Source: Eledone cirrhosa
Lineage: Eukaryota
Direction: 5' to 3'
NCBI GenBank assembly: GCA_964016885.1
Contig: OZ024741.1
Span: forward strand, 251,038,001 to 251,102,000
DNA: 64,000 bases
Positions within the stretch are counted from its first letter, which is position 1, and the number at the start of each line of letters is the position of its first letter. Below are positions 26,001-39,500 of the stretch, one piece after another. A program made the translations under genes and the position numbers. The notes below the pieces were generated by a model. It ran no database searches and was not told the DNA's origin. It was given only the letters and a program-made list of their open reading frames with translations.

Positions 26001-28860
26001 ATTTGTAAAAAAAAAATCAGGGGTAGATAATTTGTAGAAGAAATCAATGGGAGATAATTTCCAGCCGTCCAAGGGGAGATAATTTCCATCCAGCCAAGGG
26101 GAGATAATTTTTTTTTAAAAATGAGGCGGAGATAATTTGTAAAAAAAAATCAGGGTGAGATAATTAGTAAAAAAAATCAAGGGGAGATAATTCCCAGCCG
26201 TCCAAGGGGAGATAATTTCCAGCCCTACAAGCGGCTATAATTTCCAACCGTCCAAAGGAAGATAATTTCCAGCCAGCGAAGGGGAGATAATTTTTTTTAA
26301 AAAATCACTGGGATATTTGTAAAAAAAATCAGGGGGAGATAATTTGTAAAAAAATCAAGGGGAGATAATTTCCAGCCGTCCAAAGAGAGATAATTTCTAA
26401 TCGTCCAAGGGGAGATAATTTCCAGCCAAGGGGAGATAATTTCCAGCCGTCCAAGGGGAGATAATTTTTTAAAAAATCAGGTGGAGATAATTTGTAGAAA
26501 AAATCAGGGGAAGATAATTTGTAAAATCAAAATCAAGGGCAGATAATTTCCAGCCGTCCAAGGGGAGATAATTTCCAGCAGTGCAAGGGGAGATAATTTC
26601 CAGCCGTCCAAGGGGAGATAATTTCCATCCTTCCAAGGGCAGATAATTTCCAGCCGTCCAAGGAGAGATAATTTCCAGCCGTCCAAGGGCAGATAATTTC
26701 CAGCCGTCCAAGGAGAGGTAATTTCTAGCCGTCCAAGGGGAGATAATTTCCAGCCTCCAAGGGGAGATAATTTCCAGCCAGCCAAGGGGAGATAATTTGT
26801 AAAAAAAATCAGGAGATAATTTGTAAAAAAAAATCAGGGGGAGATAATTTGTAAAAAAAAATCAGGGGGAGATAATTTGTAAAAAAAAATCAGGGGGAGA
26901 TAATTTGTAAAAAAAATCAAGGGGAGATAATTTCCAGCCGTCCAAGGGAAGATAATTTCCAGCCCTCCAAGGGAAGATAACTTCCAGCCCTCCAAGGGGC
27001 TATAATTTCCAGCGTCCAAGGGGAGATAATTTCCAGCCAGCGAAGGGGAGATAATTTTTATAAAAAAATCACTGGGATATTTGTAAAAAAAATCAGGGGG
27101 AGATAATTTGTAAAAAAAAAATCAGGGGTAGATAATTTGTAGAAGACATAAAGGGGAGATAATTTCCAGCCGTCCAAGGGGAGAAAATTTCCATCCAGCC
27201 AAGGGGAGATAATTTTTTTAAAAAAATCAGGCGGAGATAATTTGTAAAAAAAAATCAGGGGGAGATAATTAGTAAAAAAATGAAGGGGAGATAATTTCCA
27301 GCCGTCCAAGGGGAGATAATTTCCAGCCCTACAAGCAGCTATAATTTCCAGCCGTCCAAAGGGAGATAATTTCCAGCCAGCGAAGGGGAGATAATTTTTT
27401 TTTAAATTAGGGGGATATTTGTAAAAAAAATCAGGGGGAGATAATTTGTAAAAAAAATCAAGGGGAAATAATTTCCAGCCGTCCAAGGGGAGATAATTTC
27501 CAGCCGTCCAAGGGGAGATAATTTCCAGCCGTCCAAGGAGAGGTAATTTCCAGCCGTCCAAGGGGAGATAATTTCCAGCCGTCCAAGGGGAGATAATTTC
27601 CAGCCGTTCAAGGGGAGATAATTTCCAGCCGTCCAAGGAGAGGTAATTTCTAGCCGTCCAAGGGGAGATAATTTCCAGCCGTCCAAGAGGAGATAAATTC
27701 CAGCCTCCAAGGGGAGATAATTTCCAGCCAGCCAAGGGGAGATAATTTGTAAAAAAAAATCAGGGGGAGATAATTTGTAAAAAAAAAATCAGGAGATAAT
27801 TTGGAAAAAAAAATCAGGGGTAGATAATTTGTAAAAAAAAATCAGGGGGAGATAATTTGTAAAAAAATCAAGGGGAGATAATTTCCAGCCGTCCAAGGAG
27901 AGATAATTTTCAGCCGTCCAAGGAGAGGTAATTTCTAGCCGTTCAAGGGGAGATAATTTCCAGCCGTCCAAGGGGAGATAATTTCCAGCCGTCCAAGGGG
28001 AGATAATTTAAAAAAAAAATCAGGCGGAGCTAATTTGTAAAAAAATAATCAGGGGCAGATAATTTGTAAAAAAAAATCAGGGGGAGATAATTTGTATACA
28101 AAATCAAGGGGAGATAATTTCCAGCCGTCCAAGGCGAGATAATTTCCAGCCGTCCAAGGGGAGATAATTTACAGCTGTCCAAGGAGAGGTAATTTCTAGG
28201 CGTCCAAGGGGAGATAATTTCCAGCCGTCCAAGGGGAGATAATTTCCAGCCAGCCAAGGGGAGATAATTTCCAGCCAGCCAAGGGGAGATATTTGTAAAA
28301 AAAATCAGGGAGAGATAATTTGTAAAAAAAAATCAGGGGTAGATAATTTGTAAAAGACATAAAGGGGAGATAATTTCCAGCCGTCCAATGGGAGATAATT
28401 TTCAGCCGTCCAAGGAGAGGTAATTTCTAGCCGTCCAAGGGGAGATAATTTCCAGCCGTCCAAGGGGAGATAATTTCCAGCCGTCCAAGGGGAGATAATT
28501 TTCAGCCGTCCAAGGAGAGGTAATTTCTAGCCGTCCAAGGGAAGATAATTTCCAGCCCTCCAAGGGAAGATAACTTCCAGCCCTCCAAGGGGCTATAATT
28601 TCCAGCGTCCAAGGGGAGATAATTTCCAGCCAGCGAAGGGGAGATAATTTTTTTTTAAAAATCACTGGGAGATTTGTAAAAAAAATCAGGGGGAGATAAT
28701 TTGTAAAAAAAATCAAGGGGAGATAATTTCCAGCCGTCCAAAGAGAGATAATTTCTAGCCGTCCAAGGGGAGATAATTTCCAGCCAAGGGGAGATAATTT
28801 CCAGCCGTCCAAGGGGAGATAATTTTTTTAAAAATCAGGTGGAGATAATTTGTAAAAAAA
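20025..28860 (+). repeat. Copy 2 of the 11.16-kb-offset duplication; contains the 1960-bp tandem pair (~20960-24900) and lacks ~850 bp (copy-1 ~15960-16810) at ~27115
   Basis: Colinear by eye. At ~27115 the match jumps from the 15955 equivalent to the 16810 equivalent (atcaggggtagataatttgtagaagacata). Confidence 0.9.
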
Positions 28861-30839
28861 ATCAGGGGGAGATAATTTGTAAAAACAAAATCAAGGGCAG
28901 ATAATTTCCAGCTGTCCAAGGGGAGATAGTTTCCAGCCGTCCAAGGGGAGATAATTTCCCGCCAGCCAAGGGAAGATAATATTTAAAAAAATCAGGCGGA
29001 GATAATTTGTAAAATAAATCAGGGGGAGATAATTTGTAAAAAAATCAGGGGCAGATAATTTGTAAAAAAAAAATCAGGGGGAGATAATTTGTAAAAAAAA
29101 TCAGGGGGAGATAATTTGTAAAAAAAAAATCAGGGGGAGATAATTCGTAAAAAAAATCAAGGGGAGATAATTTTCAGCCGTCCAAGGAGAGGTAATTTCT
29201 AGCCGTCCAAGGGGAGATCATTTCCAGCCGTCCAAGGGGAGATAATTTCCAGCCGTCCAAGGGGTGATAATTTTTTTTTAAAAATCAGGCGGAGATAATT
29301 TGTAAAAAAAAAATCAGTGGGAGATAATTTGTGAAAAAAAATCAGGGGGAGATAATTTGTAAAAAAAATCAAGTGGAGATAATTTCCAGCCGTCCAAGGG
29401 AAGATAATTTCCAGCCTCCAAGGTGCTATAATTTCCAGCGTCCAAGGGGAGATAATTTCCAGCCAGCGAAGGGGAGATAATTTTTTTTTAAAAATCACTG
29501 GGAGATTTGTAAAAAAAATCAGGGGTAGATAATTTGTAAAAAGAATCAAGGGGAGATAATTTCCAGCCGTCCAAAGAGAGATAATTTCTAGCCGTCCAAG
29601 GGGAGATAATTTCCAGCCAAGGGGAGATAATTTCCAGCCGTCCAAGAGGAGATAATTTTTTTAAATATCAGGTGGAGATAATTTGTAAAAAAAATCAGGG
29701 GGAGATAATTTGTAAAAACAAAATCAAGGGCAGATAATTTCCAGCCGTCCAAGGGGAGATAATTTCCAGCCGTGCAAGGGGAGATAATTTGTAAAAAAAA
29801 TCAGGGGGAGATAATTTCCAGCCGTCCAAGGGGAGATAATTTTCAGCCGTCCAAGGAGAGGTAATTTCTAGCCGTCCAAGGGGAGATAATTTCCAGCCGT
29901 GCAAGGGGAGATAATTTCCAGCCGTCCAAGGGGAGATAATTTCCATCCTTCCAAGGGGAGATAATTTCCAGCCGTCCAAGGGGAGATAATTTCCATCCAG
30001 CCAAGGGGAGATAATTTACAAAAAATCAGGCGGAGATAATTTGTAAAAAAAAAATCAGGGGGAAATAATTTGTAAAAAAAAATCAGGGGGAGCTAATTTG
30101 TAAAAAAATATCAGGGGGAGATAATTTCCAGCCAGCCAAGGGGAGATAATTTCCAGCCAGCCAAGGGGAGATAATTTCCAGCCAGCCAAGGGGAGATATT
30201 TGTAAAAAAAAATAAGGGAGAGACAATTTGTAAAAAAAAAATCAGGGGTAGATAATTTGTAGAAGAAATCAAGGGGAGATAATTTCCAGCCGTCCAAGGG
30301 GAGATAATTTCCATCCAGCCAAGGGGAGATCATTTTTTTTAAAAAATGAGGCGGAGATAATTTGTAAAAAAAAATCAGGGTGAGATAATTAGTAAAAAAA
30401 TCAAGGGGAGATAATTCCCAGCCGTCCAAGGGGAGATAATTTCCAGCCCTACAAGCGGCTATAATTTCCAGCCGTCCAAAGGAAGATAATTTCCAGCCAG
30501 CGAAGGGGAGATAATTTTTTTTTAAATTAGGGGGAGATTTGTAAAAAAAATCAGGGGGAGATAATTTGTAAAAAAAATCAAGGGGAAATAATTTCCAGCC
30601 GTCCAAGGGGAGATAATTTCCATCCGTCCAAGGGCAGATAATTTCCAGCCGTCCAAGGAGAGGTAATATCTAGCCGTCCAAGGGGAGATAATTTCCAGCC
30701 GTCCAAGGGGAGATAATTTCCAGCCGTCCAAGGGGAGATAATTTCCAGCCGTCCAAGGAGACATAATTTCCAGCCGTCCAAGGAGAGGTAATTTCTAGCC
30801 GTCCAAGGGGAGATAATTTCCAGCCTCCAAGGGGAGATA

Positions 30840-32670
30840 ATTTCCAGCCGTCCAAGGGGAGATAATTTAAAAAAAAAATCAGGCGGAGCTAATTTGTAAA
30901 AAAATAATCAGGGGCAGATAATTTGTAAAAAAAAATCAGGGGGAGATAATTTGTATACAAAATCAAGGGGAGATAATTTCCAGCCGTCCAAGGCGAGATA
31001 ATTTCCAGCCGTCCAAGGGGAGATAATTTACAGCTGTCCAAGGAGAGGTAATTTCTAGGCGTCCAAGGGGAGATAATTTCCAGCCGTCCAAGGGGAGATA
31101 ATTTCCAGCCAGCCAAGGGGAGATAATTTCCAGCCAGCCAAGGGGAGATATTTGTAAAAAAAATCAGGGAGAGATAATTTGTAAAAAAAAATCAGGGGTA
31201 GATAATTTGTAAAAGACATAAAGGGGAGATAATTTCCAGCCGTCCAAGGGGAGATAATTTTCAGCCGTCCAAGGAGAGGTAATTTCTAGCCGTCCAAGGG
31301 GAGATAATTTCCAGCCGTCCAAGGGGAGATAATTTCCAGCCGTCCAAGGGGAGATAATTTTCAGCCGTCCAAGGAGAGGTAATTTCTAGCCGTCCAAGGG
31401 AAGATAATTTCCAGCCCTCCAAGGGAAGATAACTTCCAGCCCTCCAAGGGGCTATAATTTCCAGCGTCCAAGGGGAGATAATTTCCAGCCAGCGAAGGGG
31501 AGATAATTTTTTTTAAAAAATCACTGGGAGATTTGTAAAAAAAATCAGGGGGAGATAATTTGTAAAAAGAATCAAGGGGAGATAATTTCCAGCCGTCCAA
31601 AGAGAGATAATTTCTAGCCGTCCAAGGGGAGATAATTTCCAGCCAAGGGGAGATAATTTCCAGCCGTCCAAGGGGAGATAATTTTTTTAAAAATCAGGTG
31701 GAGATAATTTGTAAAAAAATCAGGGGAAGATAATTTGTAAAAACAAAATCAAGGGCAGATAATTTCCAGCCGTCCAAGGGGAGATAATTTCCAGCAGTGC
31801 AAGGGGAGATAATTTCCAGCCGTCCAAGGGGAGATAATTTCCATACTTCCAAGGGGAGATAATTTCCAGCCGTCCAAGGGGAGATAATTTCCCGCCAGCC
31901 AAGGGAAGATAATATTAAAAAAAATCAGGCGGAGATAATTTGTAAAAAAAATCAGGGGGAGATAATTTGTAAAAAAATCGGGGGGAGATAATTTGTAAAA
32001 AAAAATCAGGGGGAGATAATTTGTAAAAAAAATCAGGGGGAGATAATTTGTAAAAAAAGATCAGGGGTAGATAATTTGTAAAAAAAAATCAGGGGGAGAT
32101 AATTTGGAAAAAAAAATCAAGGGGAGATAATTTCCAGCCGTCCAAGGGGAGATAATTTCCAGCCGTCCAAGGGGAGATAATTTAAAAAAAAAATCAGGCG
32201 GAGATAATTTGTAAAAAAAAAATCAGGGGGAGATAATTTGTAAAAAAATCAAGGGGAGATAATTTCCAGCCGTCCAAGGGGAGATAATTTTCAGCCGTCC
32301 AAGGAGAGGTAATTTCTAGCCGTTCAAGGGGAGATAATTTCCAGCCGTCCAAGGGGAGATACTTTCCAGCCGTCCAAGGGGAGATAATTTTTAAAAAAAA
32401 TCAGGCGGAGCTAATTTGTAAAAAAATAATCAGGGGCAGATAATTTGTAAAAAAAAATCAGGGCGAGATAATTTGTATACAAAATCAAGGGGAGATAATT
32501 TCCAGCCGTCCAAGGCGAGATAATTTCCAGCCGTCCAAGGGGAGATAATTTACAGCTGTCCAAGTAGAGGTGATTTCTAGGCGTCCAAGGGGAGATAATT
32601 TCCAGCCGTCCAAGGGGAGATAATTTCCAGCCAGCCAAGGGGAGATAATTTCCAGCCAGCCAAGGGGAGA
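30840..32670 (+). repeat. Copy of ~17650-19350 (offset 13186, then 13319); first part also repeats ~27975-28860 (offset 2859)
   Basis: ORF pairs 17703/30889, 18175/31361, 18534/31720, 19092/32411 and 28030/30889. Shared gtaaaagacata, cagggcgag and caagtagaggtgatt. Confidence 0.87.
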
Positions 32671-35600
32671 TCATTTTTTTTAAAAAATGAGGCGGAGATA
32701 ATTTGTAAAAAAAAATCAGGGTGAGATAATTAGTAAAAAAATCAAGGGGAGATATTTGTAAAAAAAATCAGGGAGAGATAATTTGTAAAAAAAAAATCAG
32801 GGGTAGATAATTTGTAAAAAAAAATCAGGGGGAGCTAATTTGTAAAAAAAATCAAGGGGAGATAATTTCCAGCCGTCCAAGGGGAGATAATTTTCAGCCG
32901 TCCAAGGAGAGGTAATTTCTAGCCGTCCAAGGGGAGATAATTTCCAGCCGTCCAAGGGGAGATAATTTCCAGCCGTCCAAGGGGAGATAATTTTTAAAAA
33001 AATCAGGTGGAGATAATTTGTAAAAAAAAATCAGGGGGAGATAATTTGTAAAAAAAAATCAGGGGGAGCTAATTTGTAAAAAAATATCAGGGGGAGATAA
33101 TTTCCAGCCAGCCAAGGGGAGATAATTTCCAGCCAGCCAAGGGGAGATATTTGTAAAAAAAAATCAGTGAGAGACAATTTGTAAAAAAAAAAACAGGGGT
33201 AGATAATTTGTAGAAGAAATCAAGGGGAGATAATTTCCAGCCGTCCAAGGGGAGATAATTTCCATCCAGCCAAGGGGAGATCATTTTTTTAAAAAAATGA
33301 GGCGGAGATAATTTGTAAAAAAAAATCAGGGTGAGATAATTAGTAAAAAAATCAAGGGGAGATAATTCCCAGCCGTCCAAGGGGAGATAATTTCCAGCCC
33401 TACAAGCGGCTATAATTTCCAGCCGTCCAAAGAAGATAATTTCCAGCCAGCGAAGGGGAGATAATTTTTTTTTAAATTAGGGGGAGATTTGTAAAAAAAA
33501 TCAGGGGGAGATAATTTGTAAAAAAAATCAAGGGGAAATAATTTCCAGCCGTCCAAGGGGAGATAATTTCCATCCGTCCAAGGGCAGATAATTTCCAGCC
33601 GTCCAAGGAGAGGTAATATCTAGCCGTCCAAGGGGAGATAATTTCCAGCCGTCCAAGGGGAGATAATTTCCAGCCGTCCAAGGGGAGATAATTTCCAGCC
33701 GTCCAAGGAGACATAATTTCCAGCCGTCCAAGGAGAGGTAATTTCTAGCCGTCCAAGGGGAGATAATTTCCAGCCTCCAAGGGGAGATAATTTCCAGCCA
33801 GCCAAGGGGAGATAATTTGTAAAAAAAATCAGGAGATAATTTGTAAAAAAAAATCAGGGGGAGATAATTTGTAAAAAAAAATCAGGGGGAGATAATTTGT
33901 AAAAAAAAATCAGGGGGAGATAATTTGTAAAAAAAATCAAGGGGAGATAATTTCCAGCCGTCCAAGGGGAGATAATTTTCAGCCGTCCAAGGAGAGGTAA
34001 TTTCTAGCCGTCCAAGGGGAGATAATTTCCAGCCGTCCAAGGGGAGATAATTTCCAGCCGTCCAAGGGGAGATAATTTTTAAAAAAATCAGGTGGAGATA
34101 ATTTGTAAAAAAAAAATCAGGGGGAGATAATTTGTAAAAAAAAATCAGGGGGAGATTATTTGTAAAAAAAATCAAGGGGAGATAATTTCCAGCCGTCCAA
34201 GGGAAGATAATTTCCAGCCCTCCAAGGGAAGATAACTTCCAGCCCTCCAAGGGGCTATAATTTCCAGCGTCCAAGGGGAGATAATTTCCAGCCAGCGAAG
34301 GGGAGATAATTTTTTAAAAAAAATCACTGGGAGATTTGTAAAAAAAATCAGGGGGAGATAATTTGTAAAAAAAATCAAGGGGAGATAATTTCCAGCCGTC
34401 CAAAGAGAGATAATTTCTAATCGTCCAAGGGGAGATAATTTCCAGCCAAGGGGAGATAATTTCCAGCCGTCCAATGGGAGATAATTTTTTTAAAAATCAG
34501 GTGGAGATAATTTGTAAAAGAAATCAGGGGAAGATAATTTGTAAAAACAAAATCAAGGGCAGATAATTTCCAGCCGTCCAAGGGGAGATAATTTCCAGCA
34601 GTGCAAGGGGAGATAATTTCCAGACGTCCAAGGGGAGATAATTTCCATCCTTCCAAGGGGAGATAATTTCCAGGCGTCCAAGGGGAGATAATTTCCCGCC
34701 AGCCAAGGGAAGATAATATTTAAAAAAATCAGGCGGAGATAATTTGTAAAAAAAATCAGGGGGAGATAATTTGTAAAAAAAATCAAGGGGAAATAATTTC
34801 CAGCCGTCCAAGGGGAGATAATTTCCAGCCGTCCAAGGGGAGATAATTTCCAGCCGTCCAAGGAGAGGTAATTTCCAGCCGTCCAAGGTGAGATAATTTC
34901 CAGCCGTCCAAGGGGAGATAATTTCCAGCTGTTCAAGGGGAGATAATTTCCAGCCGTCCAAGGAGAGGTAATTTCTAGCCGTCCAAGGGGAGATAATTTC
35001 CAGCCGTCCAAGGGGAGATAAATTCCAGCCTCCAAGGGGAGATAATTTCCAGCCAGCCAAGGGGAGATAATTTGTAAAAAAATCAGAGGGAGATAATTTG
35101 TAAAAAAAAATCAGGGGGAGATAATTTGTAAAAAAAAATCAGGGGGAGATAATTTGGAAAAAAAAATCAGGGGTAGATAATTTGTAAAAAAAAATCAGGG
35201 GGAGATAATTTGTAAAAAAAAATCAGGGGGAGATAATTTGTAAAAAAATCAAGGGGAGATAATTTCCAGCCGTCCAAGGAGAGATAATTTTAAGCCGTCC
35301 AAGGGGAGATAATTTACAGCTGTCCAAGGAGAGGTAATTTCTAGGCGTCCAAGGGGAGATAATTTCCAGCCGTCCAAGGGGAGATAATTTCCAGCCAGCG
35401 AAGGGGAGATAATTTCCAGCCAGCCAAGGGGAGATATTTGTAAAAAAAATCAGTGAGAGATAATTTGTAAAAAAAAATCAGGGCCAGATAATTTGTAGAA
35501 GACATAAAGGGGAGATAATTTCCAGCCGTCCAAGGGGAGAAAATTTCCATCCAGCCAAGGGGAGATAATTTTTAAAAAAAAATCAGGCGGAGATAATTTG

Positions 35601-36534
35601 TAAAAAAAAATCAGGGGGAGATAATTTGTAAAAAAAATCAAGAGGAGATAATTTCCAGCCGTCCAAGGGAAGATAATTTCCAGCCCTCCAAGGGTCTATA
35701 ATTTCCAGTGTCCAAGGGGAGATAATTTCCAGCCAGCGAAGGGGAGATAATTTTTTTAAAAAATCAAGGGGAGATTTGTAAAAAAAATCAGAGGGAGATA
35801 ATTTGTAAAAAAAATCAAAGGGAGATAATTTCCAGCCGTCCAAAGAGAGATAATTTCTAGCCGTCCAAGGGGAGATAATTTCCAGCCAAGGGGAAATAAT
35901 TTCCAGCCGTCCAAGGGGAGATAATTTTTTAAAAAATCAGGTGGAGATAATTTGTAAAAACAAAATCAAGGGCAGATAATTTCCAGCTGTCCAAGGGGAG
36001 ATAGTTTCCAGCCGTCCAAGGGGAGATAATTTCCCGCCAGCCAAGGGAAGATAATATTTAAAAAAATCAGGCGGAGATAATTTGTAAAATAAATCAGGGG
36101 GAGATAATTTGTAAAAAAATCAGGGGCAGATAATTTGTAAAAAAAAAATCAGGGGGAGATAATTTGTAAAAAAAATCAGGGGGAGATAATTTGTAAATAA
36201 AAATCAGGGGTAGATAATATGTAAAATAAAATCAGGGGGAGATAATTTGTAAAAAAAAAAATCAGGGGGAGATAATTCGTAAAAAAAATGAAGGGGAGAT
36301 AATTTTCAGCCGTCCAAGGAGAGGTAATTTCTCGCCGTCCAAGGGGAGATCATTTCCAGCCGTCCAAGGCGAGATAATTTCCAGCCGTCCAAGGGGTGAT
36401 AATTTTTTTTTAAAAATCAGGCGGAGATAATTTGTAAAAAAAAAATCAGGGGGAGATAATTTGTGAAAAAAAATCAGGGGGAGATAATTTGTAAAAAAAA
36501 TCAAGTGGAGATAATTTCCAGCCGTCCAAGGGAA

Positions 36535-39500
36535 GATAATTTCCAGCCTCCAAGGTGCTATAATTTCCAGCGTCCAAGGGGAGATAATTTCCAGCCAGCG
36601 AAGGGGAGATAATTTTTTTTTAAAAATCTCTGGGAGATTTGTAAAAAAAATCAGGGGGAGATAATTTGTAAAAAGAATCAAGGGGAGATAATTTCCAGCC
36701 GTCCAAAGAGAGATAATTTCTAGCCGTCCAAGGGGAGATAATTTCCAGCCAAGGGGAGATAATTTCCAGCCGTCCAAGAGGAGATAATTTTTTTAAATAT
36801 CAGGTGGAGATAATTTGTAAAAAAAATCAGGGGGAGATAATTTGTAAAAACAAAATCAAGGGCAGATAATTTCCAGCCGTCCAAGGGGAGATAATTTCCA
36901 GCCGTGCAAGGGGAGATAATTTGTAAAAAAAATCAGGGGGAGATAATTTCCAGCCGTCCAAGGGGAGATAATTTTCAGCCGTCCAAGGAGAGGTAATTTC
37001 TAGCCGTCCAAGGGGAGATAATTTCCAGCCGTGCAAGGGGAGATAATTTCCAGCCGTCCAAGGGGAGATAATTTCCATCCTTCCAAGGGGAGATAATTTC
37101 CAGCCGTCCAAGGGGAGATAATTTCCATCCAGCCAAGGGGAGATAATTTAAAAAAAATCAGGCGGAGATAATTTGTAAAAAAAAAAATCAGGGGGAGATA
37201 ATTTGTAAAAAAAAATCAGGGGGAGCTAATTTGTAAAAAAATATCAGGGGGAGATAATTTCCAGCCAGCCAAGGGGAGATAATTTCCAGCCAGCCAAGGG
37301 GAGATATTTGTAAAAAAAAATCAGGGAGAGACAATTTGTAAAAAAAAAATCAGGGGTAGATAATTTGTAGAAGAAATCAAGGGGAGATAATTTCCAGCCG
37401 TCCAAGGGGAGATAATTTCCATCCAGCCAAGGGGAGATCATTTTTTTTAAAAAATGAGGCGGAGATAATTTGTAAAAAAAAATCAGGGTGAGATAATTAG
37501 TAAAAAAATCAAGGGGAGATAATTCCCAGCCGTCCAAGGGGAGATAATTTCCAGCCCTACAAGCGGCTATAATTTCCAGCCGTCCAAAGGAAGATAATTT
37601 CCAGCCAGCGAAGGGGAGATAATTTTTTTTTAAATTAGGGGGAGATTTGTAAAAAAAATCAGGGGGAGATAATTTGTAAAAAAAATCAAGGGGAAATAAT
37701 TTCCAGCCGTCCAAGGGGAGATAATTTCCAGCCGTCCAAGGAGAGGTAATATCTAGCCGTCCAAGGGGAGATAATTTCCAGCCGTCCAAGGGGAGATAAT
37801 TTCCAGCCGTCCAAGGAGACATAATTTCCAGCCGTCCAAGGAGAGGTAATTTCTAGCCGTCCAAGGGGAGATAATTTCGAGCCTCCAAGGGGAGATAATT
37901 TCCAGCCAGCCAAGGGGAGATAATTTGTAAAAAAAAATCAGGAGATAATTTGTAAAAAAAAAATCAGGGGGAGATAATTTGTAAAAAAAATCAGGGGGAG
38001 ATAATTTGTAAAAAAAAATCAGGGGGAGATAATTTGTAAAAAAAATCAAGGGGAGATAATTTCCAGCCGTCCAAGGGGATATAATTTTCAGCCGTCCAAG
38101 GAGAGGTAATTTCTAGCCGTCCAAGGGGAGATAATTTCCAGCCGTCCAAGGAGAGATAATTTCCAGCCGTCCAAGGGGAGATAATTTTTAAAAAAATCAG
38201 GTGGAGATAATTTGTAAAAAAAAAATCAGGGGGAGATAATTTGTAAAAAAAAATCAGGGGGAGATAATTTGTAAAAAAAATCAAGGGGAGATAATTTCCA
38301 GCCGTCCAAGGGAAGATAATTTCCAGCCCTCCAAGGGAAGATAACTTCCAGCCCTCCAAGGGGCTATAATTTCCAGCGTCCAAGGGGAGATAATTTCCAG
38401 CCAGCGAAGGGGAGATAATTTTTTTTAAAAAATCACTGGGAGATTTGTAAAAAAAATCAGGGGGAGATAATTTGTAAAAAAATCAAGGGGAGATAATTTC
38501 CAGCCGTCCAAAGAGAGATAATTTCTAAACGTCCAAGGGGAGATAATTTCCAGCCAAGGGGAGATAATTTCCAGCCGTCCAAGGGGAGATAATTTTTTAA
38601 AAAATCAGGTGGTGATAATTTGTAAAAAAAATCAGGGGGAGATAATTTGTAAAAACAAAATCAAGGGCAGATAATTTCCAGCTGTCCAAGGGGAGATAGT
38701 TTCCAGCCGTCCAAGGGGAGATAATTTCCCGCCAGCCAAGGGAAGATAATATTTAAAAAAATCAGGCGGAGATAATTTGTAAAAAAATAATCAGGGGCAG
38801 ATAATTTGTAAAAAAAAATCAGGGGGAGATAATTTGTATACAAAATCAAGGGGAGATAATTTCCAGCCGTCCAAGGCGAGATAATTTACAGCCGTCCAAG
38901 GGGAGATAATTTACAGCTGTCCAAGGAGAGGTAATTTCTAGGCGTCCAAGGGGAGATAATTTCCAGCCGTCCAAGGGGAGATAATTTCCAGCCAGCGAAG
39001 GGGAGATAATTTCCAGCCAGCCAAGGGGAGATATTTGTAAAAAAAATCAGGGAGAGATAATTTGTAAAAAAAAATCAGGGCCAGATAATTTGTAGAAGAC
39101 ATAAAGGGGAGATAATTTCCAGCCGTCCAAGGGGAGAAAATTTCCATCCAGCCAAGGGAAGATAATTTTTAAAAAAAAATCAGGCGGAGATAATTTGTAA
39201 AAAAAAATCAGGGGGAGATAATTTGTAAAAAAAATCAAGAGGAGATAATTTCCAGCCGTCCAAGGGAAGATAATTTCCAGCCCTCCAAGGGTCAATAATT
39301 TCCAGTGTCCAAGGGGAGATAATTTCCAGCCAGCGAAGGGGAGATAATTTTTTTAAAAAATCAAGGGGAGATTTGTAAAAAAAATCAGAGGGAGATAATT
39401 TGTAAAAAAAATCAAAGGGAGATAATTTCCAGCCGTCCAAAGAGAGATAATTTCCAGCCTCCAAGGTGCTATAATTTCCAGCGTCCAAGGGGAGATAATT

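Noticed and set aside
8868-28860. LTRs or transposon-derived direct repeats
   Set aside because: The duplicated blocks consist only of satellite monomers, with no terminal motifs, target-site duplications or coding remnants.
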